Of a stretch of 64,000 nt of DNA, positions 48,702 through 63,930 are shown piece after piece. Source of the stretch: Octopus sinensis. Taxonomy: Eukaryota. A model generated the notes under the pieces. It saw only the letters and a list, made by a program, of their open reading frames with translations, was not told the DNA's origin and ran no database searches. Both the position numbers and the translations under genes were made by a program. The stretch is taken from NCBI RefSeq assembly GCF_006345805.1, contig NC_043006.1:72602001-72666000 (forward strand), given 5' to 3'. Every line of letters starts with the position of its first letter. Position 1 is the stretch's first letter.

Positions 48702-49568
48702 TGTGACCTGCTCAATAAGTATCCAGACTGTTGCCATAGTAATGAAGCTAAAGGACACAGATTGACCTTGAATTCTGCTGTGCTTGCACACTAAGTTTTA
48801 ACATTCTAGCTCACTTCTGCTATTTACAGCAGTGCTTGGAAGGAAGGTGTGCAGCATGTGCTTGTTGCATTGACCATGACAGAGAAAGTTGTCATGGTGA
48901 TACATGCTCAGAGGCCTATGCAAAGTTGCAGAAAGTATATGGAGACGAGTGTATAAGCCACGCACAAGTGTACAAGTGGTTCCAACGTTTCCAAGAAGGC
49001 TGAAAACATGTCGATATTTACAAACATTTTGGGAGACCTGCAACCAACAGAACTGAGAAAAACATCACAGATGAGCATGCAGCTGTGAGGGGGAAATTGC
49101 TGAATTACCATCCATAAGTTATCAAAGGATGTGCAGATTAGTTATGGTTCAGTTCGTTATCACTGAAGATTTGAGTATGAGACGCGTTTCTGCCAAGTTT
49201 GTACCAAAACTGCTTTCTGCTGACCAGAAGGACACTCAAGGTTTCAGTTGCACAAGATCTTGATTGTGTTGAGGGCAATGAAAATTTTTTGAAAACTTTG
49301 CATGGGCCTCTGAGTAGGTATTGCTAAGCTTTTGGCAAAATTTGATGCAGATTCTCTGCTCAACTTTCTCTGTCATGGTCAATGCAACAATCACACGATA
49401 CACACATTACTTCCAAGTACTGCTGTAAACGGCGAAAGTGGGCTAGAATGTTAAAACTTGGTGCACATGCACAACAGAGTTGAAGGTCAATCTGTGCCAA
49501 GTAGCTTTACTCTGCATGCTTTAGCTTTGTTACTATGGCAACAGTCCGGATATTTATTGATCAGACCA
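48702..49568. mobile_element. Non-autonomous mariner derivative with two inverted 5' ends
   Basis: TA flanks and matching TIRs (gacctgctcaataagtatccagactgttgccatagtaa and its reverse complement). The plus strand encodes ...VYKWFQRFQEG...RRVSAKFVPKLLS, and the right ~270 bp is an inverted 5' end reading MTEKVEQRICIKFCQKL. Confidence 0.85.
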
Positions 49569-49595
49569 TACACACACACACATATACTAACATAT

Positions 49596-49690
<95 letters not shown>

Positions 49691-49789
49691 GTTTGCATGT
49701 ATGTATGTATGTATGTGCAGATTTGTATGTTTTATGTATGTATTCTCATGCATATAGTTATATATCTAGACATGTTCATATATATATAT

Positions 49790-50225
49790 ATAAATGATAA
49801 ACTTTTGGAAAGTTTTACAGCTTTTTACAGTTCCAGTGATGGACTGGCTCTGTAGCCTTCGAATTGGCTTTCTCCTTTCTGGTTTTCAGAAGCCTAATTT
49901 CTCAAGATTGGCATTTAGGCAGTGTGCTACATATCCCAGGGCCCTAGTAATTACAGGTATAAACCTGAACTTGTAATCTGGATAGAGTAACTGTAGGTTT
50001 CTCAAAAGTTCAGCATAAGTGTCCACATTTTCACTGATCTTCAGCTTTATGTTAACACCCGCTGGGCAGCTAATTTCCACAACTGTGCACAGTTTCTCTT
50101 CTCCATCCCAAATCATTATATCAGGTCTATTGTGCTTGAATTTTATTGAGGTCTTCAATGCTACATTCCACCAGTATTCCTTTTCATTATGAGTAGCTAT
50201 GGCTTTCACCATATTGTGGGTTTTT
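49790..50225 (-). mobile_element. R4/Dong-like non-LTR retrotransposon 3' fragment (restriction-like endonuclease domain)
   Basis: YWWN..LKT...KHNRPDIMIWD..EKLCTVVEISCP..VN...K..E...Y..L...L..LYP.Y.F..IPV...ALG, i.e. the HNRPD...E RLE motif. It is embedded between microsatellites. Confidence 0.75.
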
Positions 50226-50293
50226 ATTTCTTATGTATGTATGTATGTATGTATGTATGCATGGATTTCCAGTACATCTGAGATGTGAAGGGA

Positions 50294-50785
50294 ATCATCA
50301 TCATCATCATCATCGTTTAACGTCCGCTTTCCATGCTAGCATGGGTTGGACGGTTCAACTGGGGTCTGGCAAGCCCGAAGGCTGCACCAGGCCAGTCAGA
50401 TCTGGCAGTGTTTCTACAGCTGGATGCCCTTCCTAACGCCAACCACTCCGAGAGTGTAGTGGGTGATTTTATGTGCCACCGACATAGGTGCCAGACGAGG
50501 CTGGCAGACGGCCACGCTCGGATGGTGTTTTTTATGTGCCACCGACACAGGTGCCAGACGAGGCTGGCTGACGGCCACGCTCGGATGGTGTTTTCTTATG
50601 TGTCACCGACACAGGTGCCAGACGAGGCTGGCGGACGGCCACGCTCGGATGTGTTTGTTACGTGCCCTCAGCACGGAGGCCAGTCATTGCGGTACTGGCT
50701 ACGGTCACGTTCGGATGGTTTTCTTATGTGCCACCACTGGTACCACAAGGATACAAATTCCATTAATGTTCATCTATTTTGGTCA
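50294..50785 (-). mobile_element. RTE-3'UTR-derived element with ~63-bp minisatellite (same subfamily as 10883-11840)
   Basis: (CAT)n on the plus strand, 3 units plus the variant unit, and the same 5' segment ...gatacaaattccattaatgttcatctatttt. Confidence 0.85.
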
Positions 50786-51432
50786 AACAATATTTTCGTT
50801 TGAATATACGTAACATGCAACAAACATTTTAGATAGTAACCACCCAACAAAATAGATAAGTAAATAGATAGATAAATAAATAAATTAATTAATTAAATGT
50901 GGTTTGACTTATTGGTAAACATTTGTTCACCAACATACTGTATCTTTCCTCTGGCTCTTTTACTGTTACTGTAATTACTAAATGGTTTCTATTCCAACAA
51001 ACTAACAAAATATTTATCACTTCTATAACCCAGCCTCCTCGCCTCTGATTTGCCCATCTTTCTTCTGTTTCATAATTATTATTAGAGTATCGACAAAAAT
51101 GCTCTGTGGCATTCTGTCTGATATAAGTTCTGAGTTCAAATGACACCAAGATTGACTCTACCTTTTATTCTTTGGGGTGTTGATAAAATAAATACCAGTT
51201 GAGTTCTGGGACTATTACAATCGACTTACACCCCTCCTCTAAAATTTGTGCCAAAATTTGAAACCATTATTGTTAGCAGTAGAGCCTCAGGATAAAATGT
51301 GCTATTTCTCCTGACTCTTTACATTGAATTCAGATTCTACCAAGATTGACTTTACCTTCTTTATCTTTTGGGGATCTGCAAAATAAGTACCTGTGGAGCA
51401 CTGAAGCCAACATAATTGAACTTACCCCTTCT

Positions 51433-51478
<46 letters not shown>

Positions 51479-52130
51479 TTCTTTTCTTCTCTCTTTCTTT
51501 CTATATTCTGCTTACAGGATTTAGAGTCAGAAAAGACAGAGAGACATATTAACCCTTTTGATATCAACTCACCTGAAACTGTTTTGTTTCCATGTCACAA
51601 ACTTCTCATTATAAAGCAATCTGAATTAAACTCCTCCATCAAAATTTCATATTAAATTATGTTCCAAATACCAACATAATAATGACATTGTTATTTTACT
51701 AAATTCTTAATTATTTTCAAAATTAATAAACTCAAAGGCTGTATATTTCAATAGAAATATGGTGGCAAAAGGTTTGAATCTACCACCCAAGAATAGGAAC
51801 AGCCCCTATAATGGACTTTCATGCAGTTTTCATCAATCAAACTTCACTCACAAGACTCTGGTTGAACCAAGGCTATGATAAAAACTTTTCCCTAAGGCAG
51901 TGTTTCTCAACCAGGGATCCCCAGAACCCAAAGTTTCCGTGAAAGATTCCTAGGGGTTCAATGAGAAAGAGTGAGATAAGTCAATGCTAATTTCATGATC
52001 ATAATGTTACTATACATGCACAACATATTGGTTATTGTAATATAGACATCATCCTATCTAACCTATTATGTTATCAAAAAAATGTAACAACCATTGGGGA
52101 TATATTTAGTGATGTCTGTAATTTATGGAC

Positions 52131-52172
<42 letters not shown>

Positions 52173-52175
<3 letters not shown>

Positions 52176-52823
52176 TCATCATCATCATCGTGTTTAACAT
52201 CCACTTTCCATGCTGGATGGTTTGACTGAGGACTGGCAAGCCAGAAGGCTGCACCAGGCTCCAATCTGATCTGGCAAAGTTTCTACAGCTGGATCTGAGA
52301 GTGTAGTGGGTGCTTTTACATACCACAGGCATGAGGGCCAGTCAGGCAGTACTGGCAACGACCATGCTTGAATGGTGTTTTTCATGTGCCACCAGTACAT
52401 GTGCCAGTAAGGCGACACTGGCAATGATCATACTTAAATGGTGCTTTTTATGTGCCACTGGTACAGGAGCCGGTCAGTAGCCCTTGCAACGATTACACTC
52501 GGATGGTGCTTTTAACGTTCCACTGGCACAAGTGCCTATCAGGCAGTACTGTCATCGGCCACATCAGCGATTTTGATTTCACTTGCCTCAACAGGTCTTT
52601 GCAAGCAAAATTTATTAACCAATGAATGAAGGTTACTCATAAGTGGGCTGGTTATACACCACTGGCATAGGCCATGGGTTATGGTCTCACTTGGTTTGTG
52701 GGTCTTCTCAAGTACGGCATATCTCCAAAGGTCTCGGTCACTAGTCATTGCCTCGGTGAGGCCAAATGTTCAAAGGTCATGCTTCAACACCTCATCCCAG
52801 GTCTTCCTGGGTCTACCTCTTTC
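52173..52823 (-). mobile_element. 5'-truncated RTE LINE: ORF2 C-terminus plus minisatellite-containing 3'UTR and (GAT)n tail
   Basis: The minus strand reads ERGRPRKTWDEVLKHDL*TFGLTEAMTSDRDLWRYAVLEKT and continues through gacctgttgaggcaagtgaaatc and the ~60-bp units to the tail. Confidence 0.85.
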
Positions 52824-52842
52824 ATATATATATTCTGCTTGG

Positions 52843-53346
52843 GAAGACCTGTTGAGGCAAGTGAAATCGAAATCGAAATCAAATTCGATGATTGGCATCC
52901 ATGCTAGTGGAGCGCTAAGAGTGAGATTGTTACCAGAGTAGCTAACTGACTTCTGTGCCAGTGGAACGTAAAAAGCACCATTCGAGCATGATCATTACCA
53001 GTGTCACCTTACTGGCACTTGTGCTGGTGACATGTGAAAAAACATTCGAGCGAGGTCATTGCCAGTGCCGCTGGACTGGCTCCTGTGCAGGTGGCACTTA
53101 AAAAACACCATTTGAGCCTAGTCGTTGCCAGTACCACCTGACTGGCTCCCATGCTGGTGTCACGTAAAAGCACCCACTACACTCTCGGAGTGGTTGGCGT
53201 TAGGAAGGGCATCCAGCTGTAGAAACTCTCCCAGATCAGATTGGAGCCTGGTGTAGCCATCTGGCTTGCCAGTCCTCAGTCAAATCATCCAACCCATGCT
53301 AGCATGGAAAGCGGATGCTAAATGGTGATGATGATGATGATGATGA
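52843..53346 (+). mobile_element. RTE-3'UTR-derived element, head-to-head with 52173-52823
   Basis: Starts with gaagacctgttgaggcaagtgaaatcgaaatc and ends in (GAT)n. Confidence 0.85.
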
Positions 53347-54029
53347 TATTTACCACGTGAACTACAATGAAAAAATATGAGAAAGATGTGGTACATAATA
53401 TTTTTTGTGCAGGGGTTCCTTGAGACATGTAATTTATTTTAAGGGTTACGCAAGGGTAAAAAGGTTGAGAAACACTGTCTTAAGGTGTCTTACAGGGAGA
53501 TATGTGTTGCTACTCTTTCTAGAGTGTACAATTACAATACAAGCAAATTTTCATTCTGCTGCTTGTCATATTTTCAAGGTTTTTTTTCTTTAAGAATACG
53601 TCACAACAGTATCCAACACTATTGGACTGAAAAATTTCATGAAAATATTCCATAATTCTGATTTTACAATTCAGAATTATAGAATAATATTTTTACATAG
53701 ACAAAAAAGAAGAAAAAGAGGTAGAACATATTTTTAGAGCAACTATTTTTGTAGCACGGTTGGTGGCTTCTCTCAACATCAACATTCTTCATCTATTTTT
53801 TGATCTTAAACCAATAATGATGAATGAAATGGCAGAAACTTTTGGAAATGAAAGGTGATTTGTGAAGCTGCAACTACAATCATTATTTCTCTCTCTTTTT
53901 TTTTTTCTCTTATATATTTGTTTGGTCTTTTATTCTATCCCAGCATTTTTTCTTCTTTTTTTGTTCATCTTTTGACATTTTGATATATTCTGAATGATTA
54001 CAACATTATTGTTAGACTAGATCCACATA

Positions 54030-54800
<771 letters not shown>

Positions 54801-57800
54801 TATTTTTGGCATAATTTTTCCAGAAAGTATGCTTGGCCAATTTGTTTTAAATAAGCCACACATATTTGAATGAATAGAACGAATATCTTAATATAAGATT
54901 TTTCTTTAAAATCAATATGGAGCATTTTAGAATGCTGAAAGCAAAACTCAATTAGCTTAAAATGTATACTCAAATAATAAAAAGGGAAAGAAAAAAAAAA
55001 CCCATATGAAATATCTAAGCGAGCCAGGAAAGACCATTAATGATAATGGTAATAAATCACATTAATTTAATAGATCAATTATCGGTTTTTACAACAAAAT
55101 TTACAAACTTTTTTTGTTTTAACATAATTGTTTAGTGTCTTGTTGTTGTTGTTGTTGTTGGTGGTGATGGTGGTGCTGGTGCTAGTGCTAATGGTGTTGT
55201 TCAGCTCCAGGACTTTCTTGATTGAGTTGACCTATGATCAAAGATGGTCTACCCATGAATACTTTGTTTCTTTGGTGGGGGAAGTCAGGGGTTCAAACAT
55301 TATATGTCTATGACTAAGTTGTCCGATATGTCCTGCCTGCTTTTAAAACAATAAGACGTAATTTGAGGGATATCCAGCGTCTATTTCTAGCATGGCACGT
55401 TACCATTTAGGGTTTCCCCCTCTTCCGCTTGGTATTTATGAAATGGTATACATACATAGATGTAATGGCATATGTTTTTTTTTTCTGTGTGCTATTTTTC
55501 TCTACCAAAGTGCCAGAAAAAGCAAAACAGATAATTGCTTACAGTCTGAAGTGACCTTCTCTGAAGGTAAAATGAGAGAAATTGGTGTGCTTAATACAAA
55601 ACTTGGTAATATATAAGTTTATGGTTAATGTTATGAGGAAGCCCAACTGTAAGATGTGTTTCAATATACACAGCTGTGTTAAAACAGCAATTTGACATAG
55701 TCGTTTGAGATTCAGATTAAATAGCTTGTGGATGTTTGTTCTAGCTCTCTGTACTCTTGTACTTTGAGTTCATGTTAAGCCAATGTCGACTTTGTCTTTC
55801 ACCCTTTTGGGGTCGATAAATAATGTATCAGTCCAAGGTGGTGAACTGGTGGAATTATTACATCATCAGACGAGATTACTTTTCTGACATCTGTTGTAGC
55901 TATGTATGTTCCGAATTTCAAAAATTCCACCTAAGCCACCATTATGGTGGAAAACCCTTAACAGGAAGAGTAATAAAAAGGAAGAAAAAAAAAAACAAAG
56001 AAAAAATTACCAAATTCAGGAGTTCATGTCCTTATTGTGTAACAACAGCCTAAAGGCTCAAAGTACTCAATAAATAACTATGATGACAATAATGACAGTG
56101 GTGGTGGGGGTGATAGTAGCAGTAATGATGATGGTGGTGGTGGTGGTGGTGGTAGTGGTGGTCAGGATGATGATGATTATGATGATGGTGATTATTTGAT
56201 GCTGTTGCAACACTATGTCGTCGTTGTCATTGTTGTCGTCATTGTCATAGTCATCATCATCATCATCATCATCACTATCATCATCCCCATTACCATTATC
56301 ATTTAGTTTTCTTTTCTTCCTCCTGTCATGGGTTGGATGGTTTCACAGAGCCTGATGATCCACAGAGCTGTATCTGGCTCCAATGTCAGCTTTGGCATGG
56401 TTCCTACAGCTGGATACCCTTCCTAACACCAACTATTTTACAGCGTGTGACCTGAATTTAAATAAAATGAATAATCTTTATTGTTATACAGTTTTATCTA
56501 GCTACTTACTGGAGTGAACTCCACCTTATCCGCAGAACCCATACACTGTTAGCCTGTGTCAGAATAAAATATATGGGGCAATGATATGGTAGGATCCATT
56601 GTCCTTTTTGTCATTAGATCAACAACCTATTGATCAGATCATCTGTGAATTTCATGTTCATTGTGGATAGGGAAATATTGATTTCAGTGTAACTGGGCAC
56701 AAATTACATTATATTTATAGGAAGAGAAAGAATGTCTGACATTCATGTCTTCCTCAAGTTCGTTATGGATATAAATGATGTAAAATTACTTCTTCTGGGA
56801 ATTGAAACTGGATTGCATTTATATTTACTAGAAGCTAAACTCTTGCTTAACAATGATACTTGCCATCACTGTAGTTAATATTTATATTGCTATAAATATT
56901 TCTTCTCATTAAAGATACAACTGATCAATAAACTCTTCCTTGCTGAGTGTCTTAAAAGACTTTAGTCTTTTCCTATTCTGTACATTCTAGCTTCTACATC
57001 TTTAGCTACTTCAATTGCCTATAATCTTCTCTTCCTTCTGTACATGATTGGCAATGATACACACACTGATATACCAATAACCCTCAGACTGATTAATTCT
57101 CTCTTCTACCACTACTATAATTGATGCTTTGAACTTGCAGCTTCATACTAGTTGAACCACACAATCTTAAATGATGAACCTGTTCTGGCTGCTACGTCTA
57201 ACTACAAACACTCCAGTAAAAATGATACCAGGTCTCATTTACTTTTAACTCTTTGAATATAGACTTCATCAATATGCAACCTAGATATAGACACCTCATG
57301 CCAAATCACTCTGTCTAATGAACAGAGAGCTGTAAAACAACCTTCACTGTGGATGTAATGGCAATCTAGTTTCTATCATTATCATCATTTAATGTCCGTT
57401 TTCCATGTTGGCATGGGTTGAATGGTTCAATAAGAACTAACAAACTAGGATAGTGCGCTGATCTCCAGTGTCTGCATTGGCATGGTTTCTATAGCTGGAT
57501 GCCTTTCCTAATGCCAACAAGATCATGGAGTGCACTGGGTGCTTTTCCTGTGGCACCAGCACTAGTGAGGTCACCAAATAATTTGCAAGACAACTCCTCA
57601 GCTGAGTGAGGGTATAGCATTGATGGAGGTGGCTTTATACCAGCTGCTACATATATAAAAGAAATCAGCTTCACAACACTTCACTTTTTCCTTCTCTAAC
57701 CATAAAGGACATATAAAACCCTTGAATTCACAGCCTCATGACAAACTTTTGGTCAAACAAACTCTGATGACCTTTTATGGAGACCACAAATACTTAACAT

Positions 57801-59050
57801 TTCCAAAGATTTCTACTCCAGAGCTAGGAAACACTTCATCTTTAATCAGTGGACACTCTACAAAGTATATGTATGACTTGTATACTATTTACATATCTAG
57901 GTCAGAATAGCTGTTATACATAAAAACATCCTAGCAGGATCCATATGGACTCTGGGGAACCATATAAGATTTTCAGAGGTCCATAAAAGCAAAATAGTAA
58001 ATCAGGGATCCACAGTAGTATTGTAAGGGTCCATGAAAGAATTTTGCTTTTGATGTATATATTGAAAGAAACAGGTTCCTTTCTCTGGTGTTTTTTTACA
58101 TTAACATGCTTTTAGCAACCGAAACATATTCTCTCAGAGAGCACTATTGCAAACCTATACATGTAAATGTGTGAAAAAAAAACAGGAATTTTGAAAGAAG
58201 TATCTATGAAACTAACTTTTAAACATTGAATGGCTATGAGAGCCCACCAAAATAAAATAGTAATAAAAGGGGTCCATGGGTAAAACAAATGCTTGAGAAC
58301 CACTGTCCTAGACTGTATGCTTGGAAAAAAGGCATTCATCCATATACCAGTATCCCTCAGGCACATTTATTCTCTCTTTCACTACTTCTATGATGGATGC
58401 TTTTAACTTGCAGCTTTGTGCCAGCTGAACTGAAAAATTACATGAGGAATATCTTTTCTTCTTCAGTTATTCACATTGTGTTTCACTATGCCCTAGCACC
58501 CCCACTATTCATCATCATCATCATCATCATTTAATGTCTCTCTTTCTTGATGGCATGGATTGGATGATTTAAAAGGAGCTGCACTAAGCTTCAGTTGTCC
58601 ATTTTGGTATGGCTGGATACCCTTCCTAACACCAACCACTTTACAGAGTGTACTGGGTGCTTTCTATAGATAGCACCAGCACTGGGTGCTTCTTACACAG
58701 GTGCTTTTTTAAGTGGAAGTAACATGGGTGCTTTTTATATGGCACCAACATGTGACACCAGCATGAGTGCCTTTTATATGGCACCAGCATGAGTGATTAT
58801 GCTTACAATTTTTCCTGACACCTCTCGAATCTCCTCTCTGCCTATATATTCCTTATAAACATCAACAACCGTTAACTTGGGAGGGAGAATTAAGTGAATC
58901 CTGATGACTCATAGGTAATATGAAGCTAGACATTTCAATAATCATTCTAAACTGCAACAAAAAAAACCATGTTGTCAAAACACATAGCCTAGTTTCACAA
59001 TGACACTAAACTAACACACACACACACACACATGCACACACACACACACA

Positions 59051-59081
<31 letters not shown>

Positions 59082-60710
59082 CATGTACACATATAAATAT
59101 GATTCTGTATATATATTTATTCATAACACATGCTGCATTGGCACTGAAGTAATTAACATAGAATGGAATTAATAAAGAAAGTGATTAATATAGAAAGTGT
59201 TTTCCTTAATCACATTGATCCAAATGCTTAATGAGGACCTGCAAAGGTTAAGAGTAGTGCCTGCCCTGTCTCAATCAACTAAGTAATAATAATATTATAT
59301 TCTAATAAAGGCAGAAGGCCTGAGTCACTTAAATCAACCTCAGTGTTTGACTAATACTGCATTTTATCAACCCAGAAGGATGAACGACAAAGCTGACCTT
59401 GGCCAAGATTTGAACTCAGAATGTAAAGAGTTGGATTTTGTCAATCCACAATGCTAAGTAATGATAATCCTTTCTGCTATAGGCACAAAGCCTGAAATTT
59501 TATGAGAGGTTGGGGTGGGGGCTAGTCTAGTCAGTAGTTTAGGTAGAAAGTGTCTCTAAGTTATACAAGTTCTAGTTGTGGTTGAGGAATTTGTTTCAGA
59601 GTCATATGCCAAGTCAAAGTAAGAAACCTTTTTGTCCTTGACATTTCAAAGTTCATCGTCGATTTCCTTGGATTCTGGATGTTTTTTCTTTTAACCTATA
59701 ACACTTTTACTTTGTTTCCAATGTGCTCTGAGTTTGATTCTTTGTTCAAACTCAATCCAAGGTCAACTTTGCCTTTCATCCTTTCAACGTCAATAAAAAA
59801 ATACTTTATTTCATATTGCTCCAAACCACTAAGCTGGCAAAAAATGAATTGTGCTAGTATTTCAAAGGGCCAGTCTTGTCACATTCTTTGTCACACTGAA
59901 TCACTCCAAGAACTATATTAGGGGTATGCACGACTGTGGAGTGCTCAGTCACTTGCACATTAGTTACATGAGCAGGCTGTTCCATTGATCAGATCAACTA
60001 GAATCCTCGTTGTAGTAACTAACAGAGTGTCAGTTATTTAATAGACTTAATCCATCACTTGGTTCAACACCTACTATCTAGCATCATATAATACCTGTGG
60101 CATAGTGGATGATGTAGCAGAAGTGAAAGGAGAGGTTAGGGGGTGATGCACTGGAGATTAGGTGGGATGTGACATCAGGTGAAGAAATGGGTGATTTGGA
60201 GTTTTCTCTCTTTTGCATGAGCAGTCAATGCGAGTGAATGTGTGACTATATGGTTTTGGGTGCTCTTTCTGCAGGCCAGCAGATAGGGTAGAGAGTGACT
60301 CAAAGTGACACAGCAAGTTCTTGTCAGTAGTTGAGGAATTCTTTTTCAGAGCCATTTGCCATATGAAGGTAAGAAACCTATTTTTTTGTCTTTAATACTT
60401 CAATACCTTCAGCAGGGTTTCCTCCTATGTTGCTAACATTCAGAGCAGATTTCCAGCTTGAAGATACCTTCCTCACTGCTTCTCATCAGTCTCAGAGACC
60501 CTTTAATCTCACCTGACAATAAGATAAAAGGGCTGTGTGACTGTCCCCCAACCTCTCAACTGTGTCGTCAATTATCTGTTGACCCAAAAGTACCACCCCA
60601 TAAAAGTTTCAGCCAGGGCACACTACCTCATTCCATCGAGCTATGCTACATAGCATGTGCAAGAAGAAAATATACTTCGAACATTTCAGTCTTAAAATAT
60701 GACAATATAT

Positions 60711-61188
60711 CATGGCCGATCGCCAGCCTCGTCTGGCACCTGTGTCGGTGGCACATAAAAAACACCATCCAAGCGTGGCTGTTCACCAGCCTCGTCTGGC
60801 ACCTGTGTCGGTGGCACATAAAAAACACCATCCGAGCGTGGCCGTTCACCAGCCTCGTCTGGCACCTGTGTCGGTGGCACATAAAAAACACCATCCGAGC
60901 GTGGCCGTCCGCCAGCCTCGTCTGGCACCTGTGTCGGTGGCACATAAAAAACACCATCCAAGCGTGGCCGTTCACCAGCCTCGTCTGGCACCTGTGTCGG
61001 TGGCACATAAAATCACCCACTACACTCTCGGAGTGGTTGGCGTTAGGAAGGGCATCCAGCTGTAGAAACACTGCCAGATCTGACTGGCCTGGTGCAGCCT
61101 TCGGGCTCCCCAGACCCCAGTTGAACCGTCCAACCCATGCTAGCATGGAAAGCGAACGTTAAACGATGATGATGATGATGATGATGAT
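60711..61188 (+). mobile_element. RTE-3'UTR-derived element with five 63-bp tandem units and a (GAT)n tail
   Basis: ccagcctcgtctggcacc units at 60722, 60785, 60848 and onward, then the ggcgttaggaagggcatcc domain. Confidence 0.88.
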
Positions 61189-63930
61189 ATCCTGAAGAAA
61201 GTCGCAAATAGTCTTGAAATGCAAAGAGAAACAAAAACAAAAGAAAAACATCGTTCATCATTTTACTGACCTTGAAGAATATTTTCTTAATAAACATGCG
61301 ATAATGACACCTTAATACTTTCTGCAAATTAAACAGTACTTAGACACTATACTTACTTAAACAAATAGAGCAGCAGCTGGTTGCATAATATAGGTTTATT
61401 ACCAACACCAACACCACCATCACCGACACCACCACCAACACCAACACCACCATCACCAACGCCACTACCAACACCAATGCCACTATCACCAACGCCACCC
61501 TCACTAACACCAACACGATCATCAATACTGACACCAGAAACAGTATTTAATCCATGTTGAGCAAGCATGAGCATGGCTATTTGTTGACCTCCTAGAAATA
61601 ATAACCAAATGTCCCTAAATTTGCCATCTTAAAAGAAGTAAACAGGAAGGGTGTTTCGGTTTTTGAAATTGTAGATATATAATGTCTGAATAAAAGATGG
61701 AATAGCCACAAATGGAATTTTGCTTTTATCTTGTGTCTGCTCAATTATTTCTATCCCAGGACTAAAGAACCATAAATTCTCAGCTATATTTTTCATTCCT
61801 AGAGAGACTCTCCTCACATGACCCGTCATAATTACAGAATTTAAATATCTTTCTCTTCCTCATCATTACTGTAGCATCTCCTTTCCATGCTTGCATGGGT
61901 TGTACAGGATTTCCAAGGCTGTGTTTTGTGGCATGACAACCTTTCTGTCACCAATCACTTTTGAAGTTGTCTCTTGTAACACATAAAGGATATGGGGGCA
62001 TATCCTTTATTAGTCTCTTTTACTGAACCACAAAGTTACAAAGGTATAAACACACCAACACCCATTGTCAAGCAGTGGTGGGATAGAAACACAGACATAC
62101 ATGTTCATACGCATATGTGCACGCACGCACACACACACATACATGCACACACGCATATGCACACACATGCACACACACATGCATGCATACACACACACCA
62201 CACACACCACACACACACACACACACATGATAAGCTTCTTTCAGCTTCGGTCTACCAAATCCACTCACAAGGCTTTGGCCAGCCCAAGGCTATAGCAGAA
62301 GATACTTGCTGAAGGGAGTGAACGTAGAACCATATGGTCAGAAAGTAAACTTCTTTGCAAACAGCCACACCCGTGGCTCATGAATATTTTCCTTTTAATG
62401 TTGCTTAACCCATTCCAACCCTGATCCATCACTGCTATTATCAAAGGCATTCCAACCTTGACCATCCTGTCATGTTTTTAAAGCTTTCTAGATTTCTAGA
62501 ACTGCATTGTCTTTTTTTTTTTACCACTTAGTCAGAGATGCAAGATTAGCATCCATCACTTTTTTTTTCCATGGTCTGTGTGATTTGTGGGAGGGAATGA
62601 AGGAGTTATTCTCTGACCAGAAGCCTGACTTAAATACATGCAACAGAGTGAATATTGGTTGACCAATGGCCATGTTCTAATCGTTATAATACATTTAAAT
62701 TTTTTTATAACCACACACACACAGTCTCTCTCTAAATTTTTTTATAACCACACACACACAGTCTCTCTCTCTTGTTCTCTTTCCCTGTTCTCACCCTACC
62801 CCTCTTTACTTTGTCCTCTCTCTCTCTCTCTCTCTCTCTCCCTTTCTACTCCCTCCACCATCACCCCACTCTTTCCTTCCATTCCCAGCTTACCACTATC
62901 TGCTTCCATTCTGACCACTAATATTTCTTTAGTCTACCTGCTTCCATTCTGGCCACTGATATTTCCTTTGTCTTTCAACTTACCTAGCAAGTACATGTAT
63001 CTTTGTCCATTATTTGTTTAAGAACTTCATCCAAGCAATTAAGCATTTATTTCCCTTCTCTGTTTTTGCAATGTATTTGTAGCTCTATTGTTTTGTGTTG
63101 CTTTGTTTATTTTCATTTATTTTTATATTTTTCTTGAACTCTTGAACTCATAAGGCTGATTATCCAGTTTCTATGGCATACAAGTGACTGAGATCACAAT
63201 GTACCCCATGAATGGAATGCTGATCTCCTCTCCTTTAATGAATGAATGAAATTCGAAATTGACCTCAGTGGAATGTGAAAATGGAACATAAAGATTCTGA
63301 AGGAACACCATTAAGCATTTTGTCTGATGAGCTAATGATTCTGCCAGCTCACTACCTTTATTTTCATTATAACCAACTAATTTACATTTTTATCATAAAT
63401 GATATTTTAATTCAATTTTATCATAATTAAACCTATATTTATCTTTTCCTCTGTCCTAAGGTATTAGTCTTAACCATGCATCTTTTCCCATTCTGTGTAT
63501 TTTCACTGTCCTCTTGTCAAGACTCAAATTTATGTTTTACTAGTTCTTTTCATCTCATTACTGTATCTAATGGCTTTTAATGTTCCTTAGATATGCAGTT
63601 CTGTCTGAAGCATTGAAACTGCCAGAATATTTAGTGAAACAGCTGATGATGGTTAATTTCTTTTTTTTTTTGTTTTTTCTCCCCAATTTTATTATCTATG
63701 CCTATTCCTTTCACACACACACAAACTGAAATGAGATTAGAGATATAACTCAGGTGGCCAGCAAATACAGTTATTTAAATTATGTAAATTATCTACACTA
63801 CGAATGTGTTCTACTCTTTTTTGCGTAAGTTTAAATTCCTTGGCTACTGTAGATAAGATCAGAAAATCGTTGTGCTGATGATAGCTCTTGACCCAGGAAC
63901 ATGTATCCACGTCTGTTCTTTTATCTCCAG

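Larger units (their letters stand above)
51898..53477. mobile_element. hAT-type non-autonomous element with nested RTE insertions
   Basis: Perfect 15-bp TIRs CAGTGTTTCTCAACC / GGTTGAGAAACACTG and an 8-bp TSD ccctaagg / tcttaagg (6 of 8 match). Confidence 0.8.

Noticed and set aside
60458-61162. 234-aa ORF, and similar overlapping ORFs at 11147-11801 and 50333-50813
   Set aside because: These are open only because the 63-bp (21-codon) minisatellite unit lacks stops. They lie in an RTE 3'UTR-derived repeat and are not genes.
61380-61545. Thr/Pro-rich or Val-rich ORFs
   Set aside because: This is a degenerate (ACC)/(CACCAA) simple repeat. The same applies to 37892-38275.
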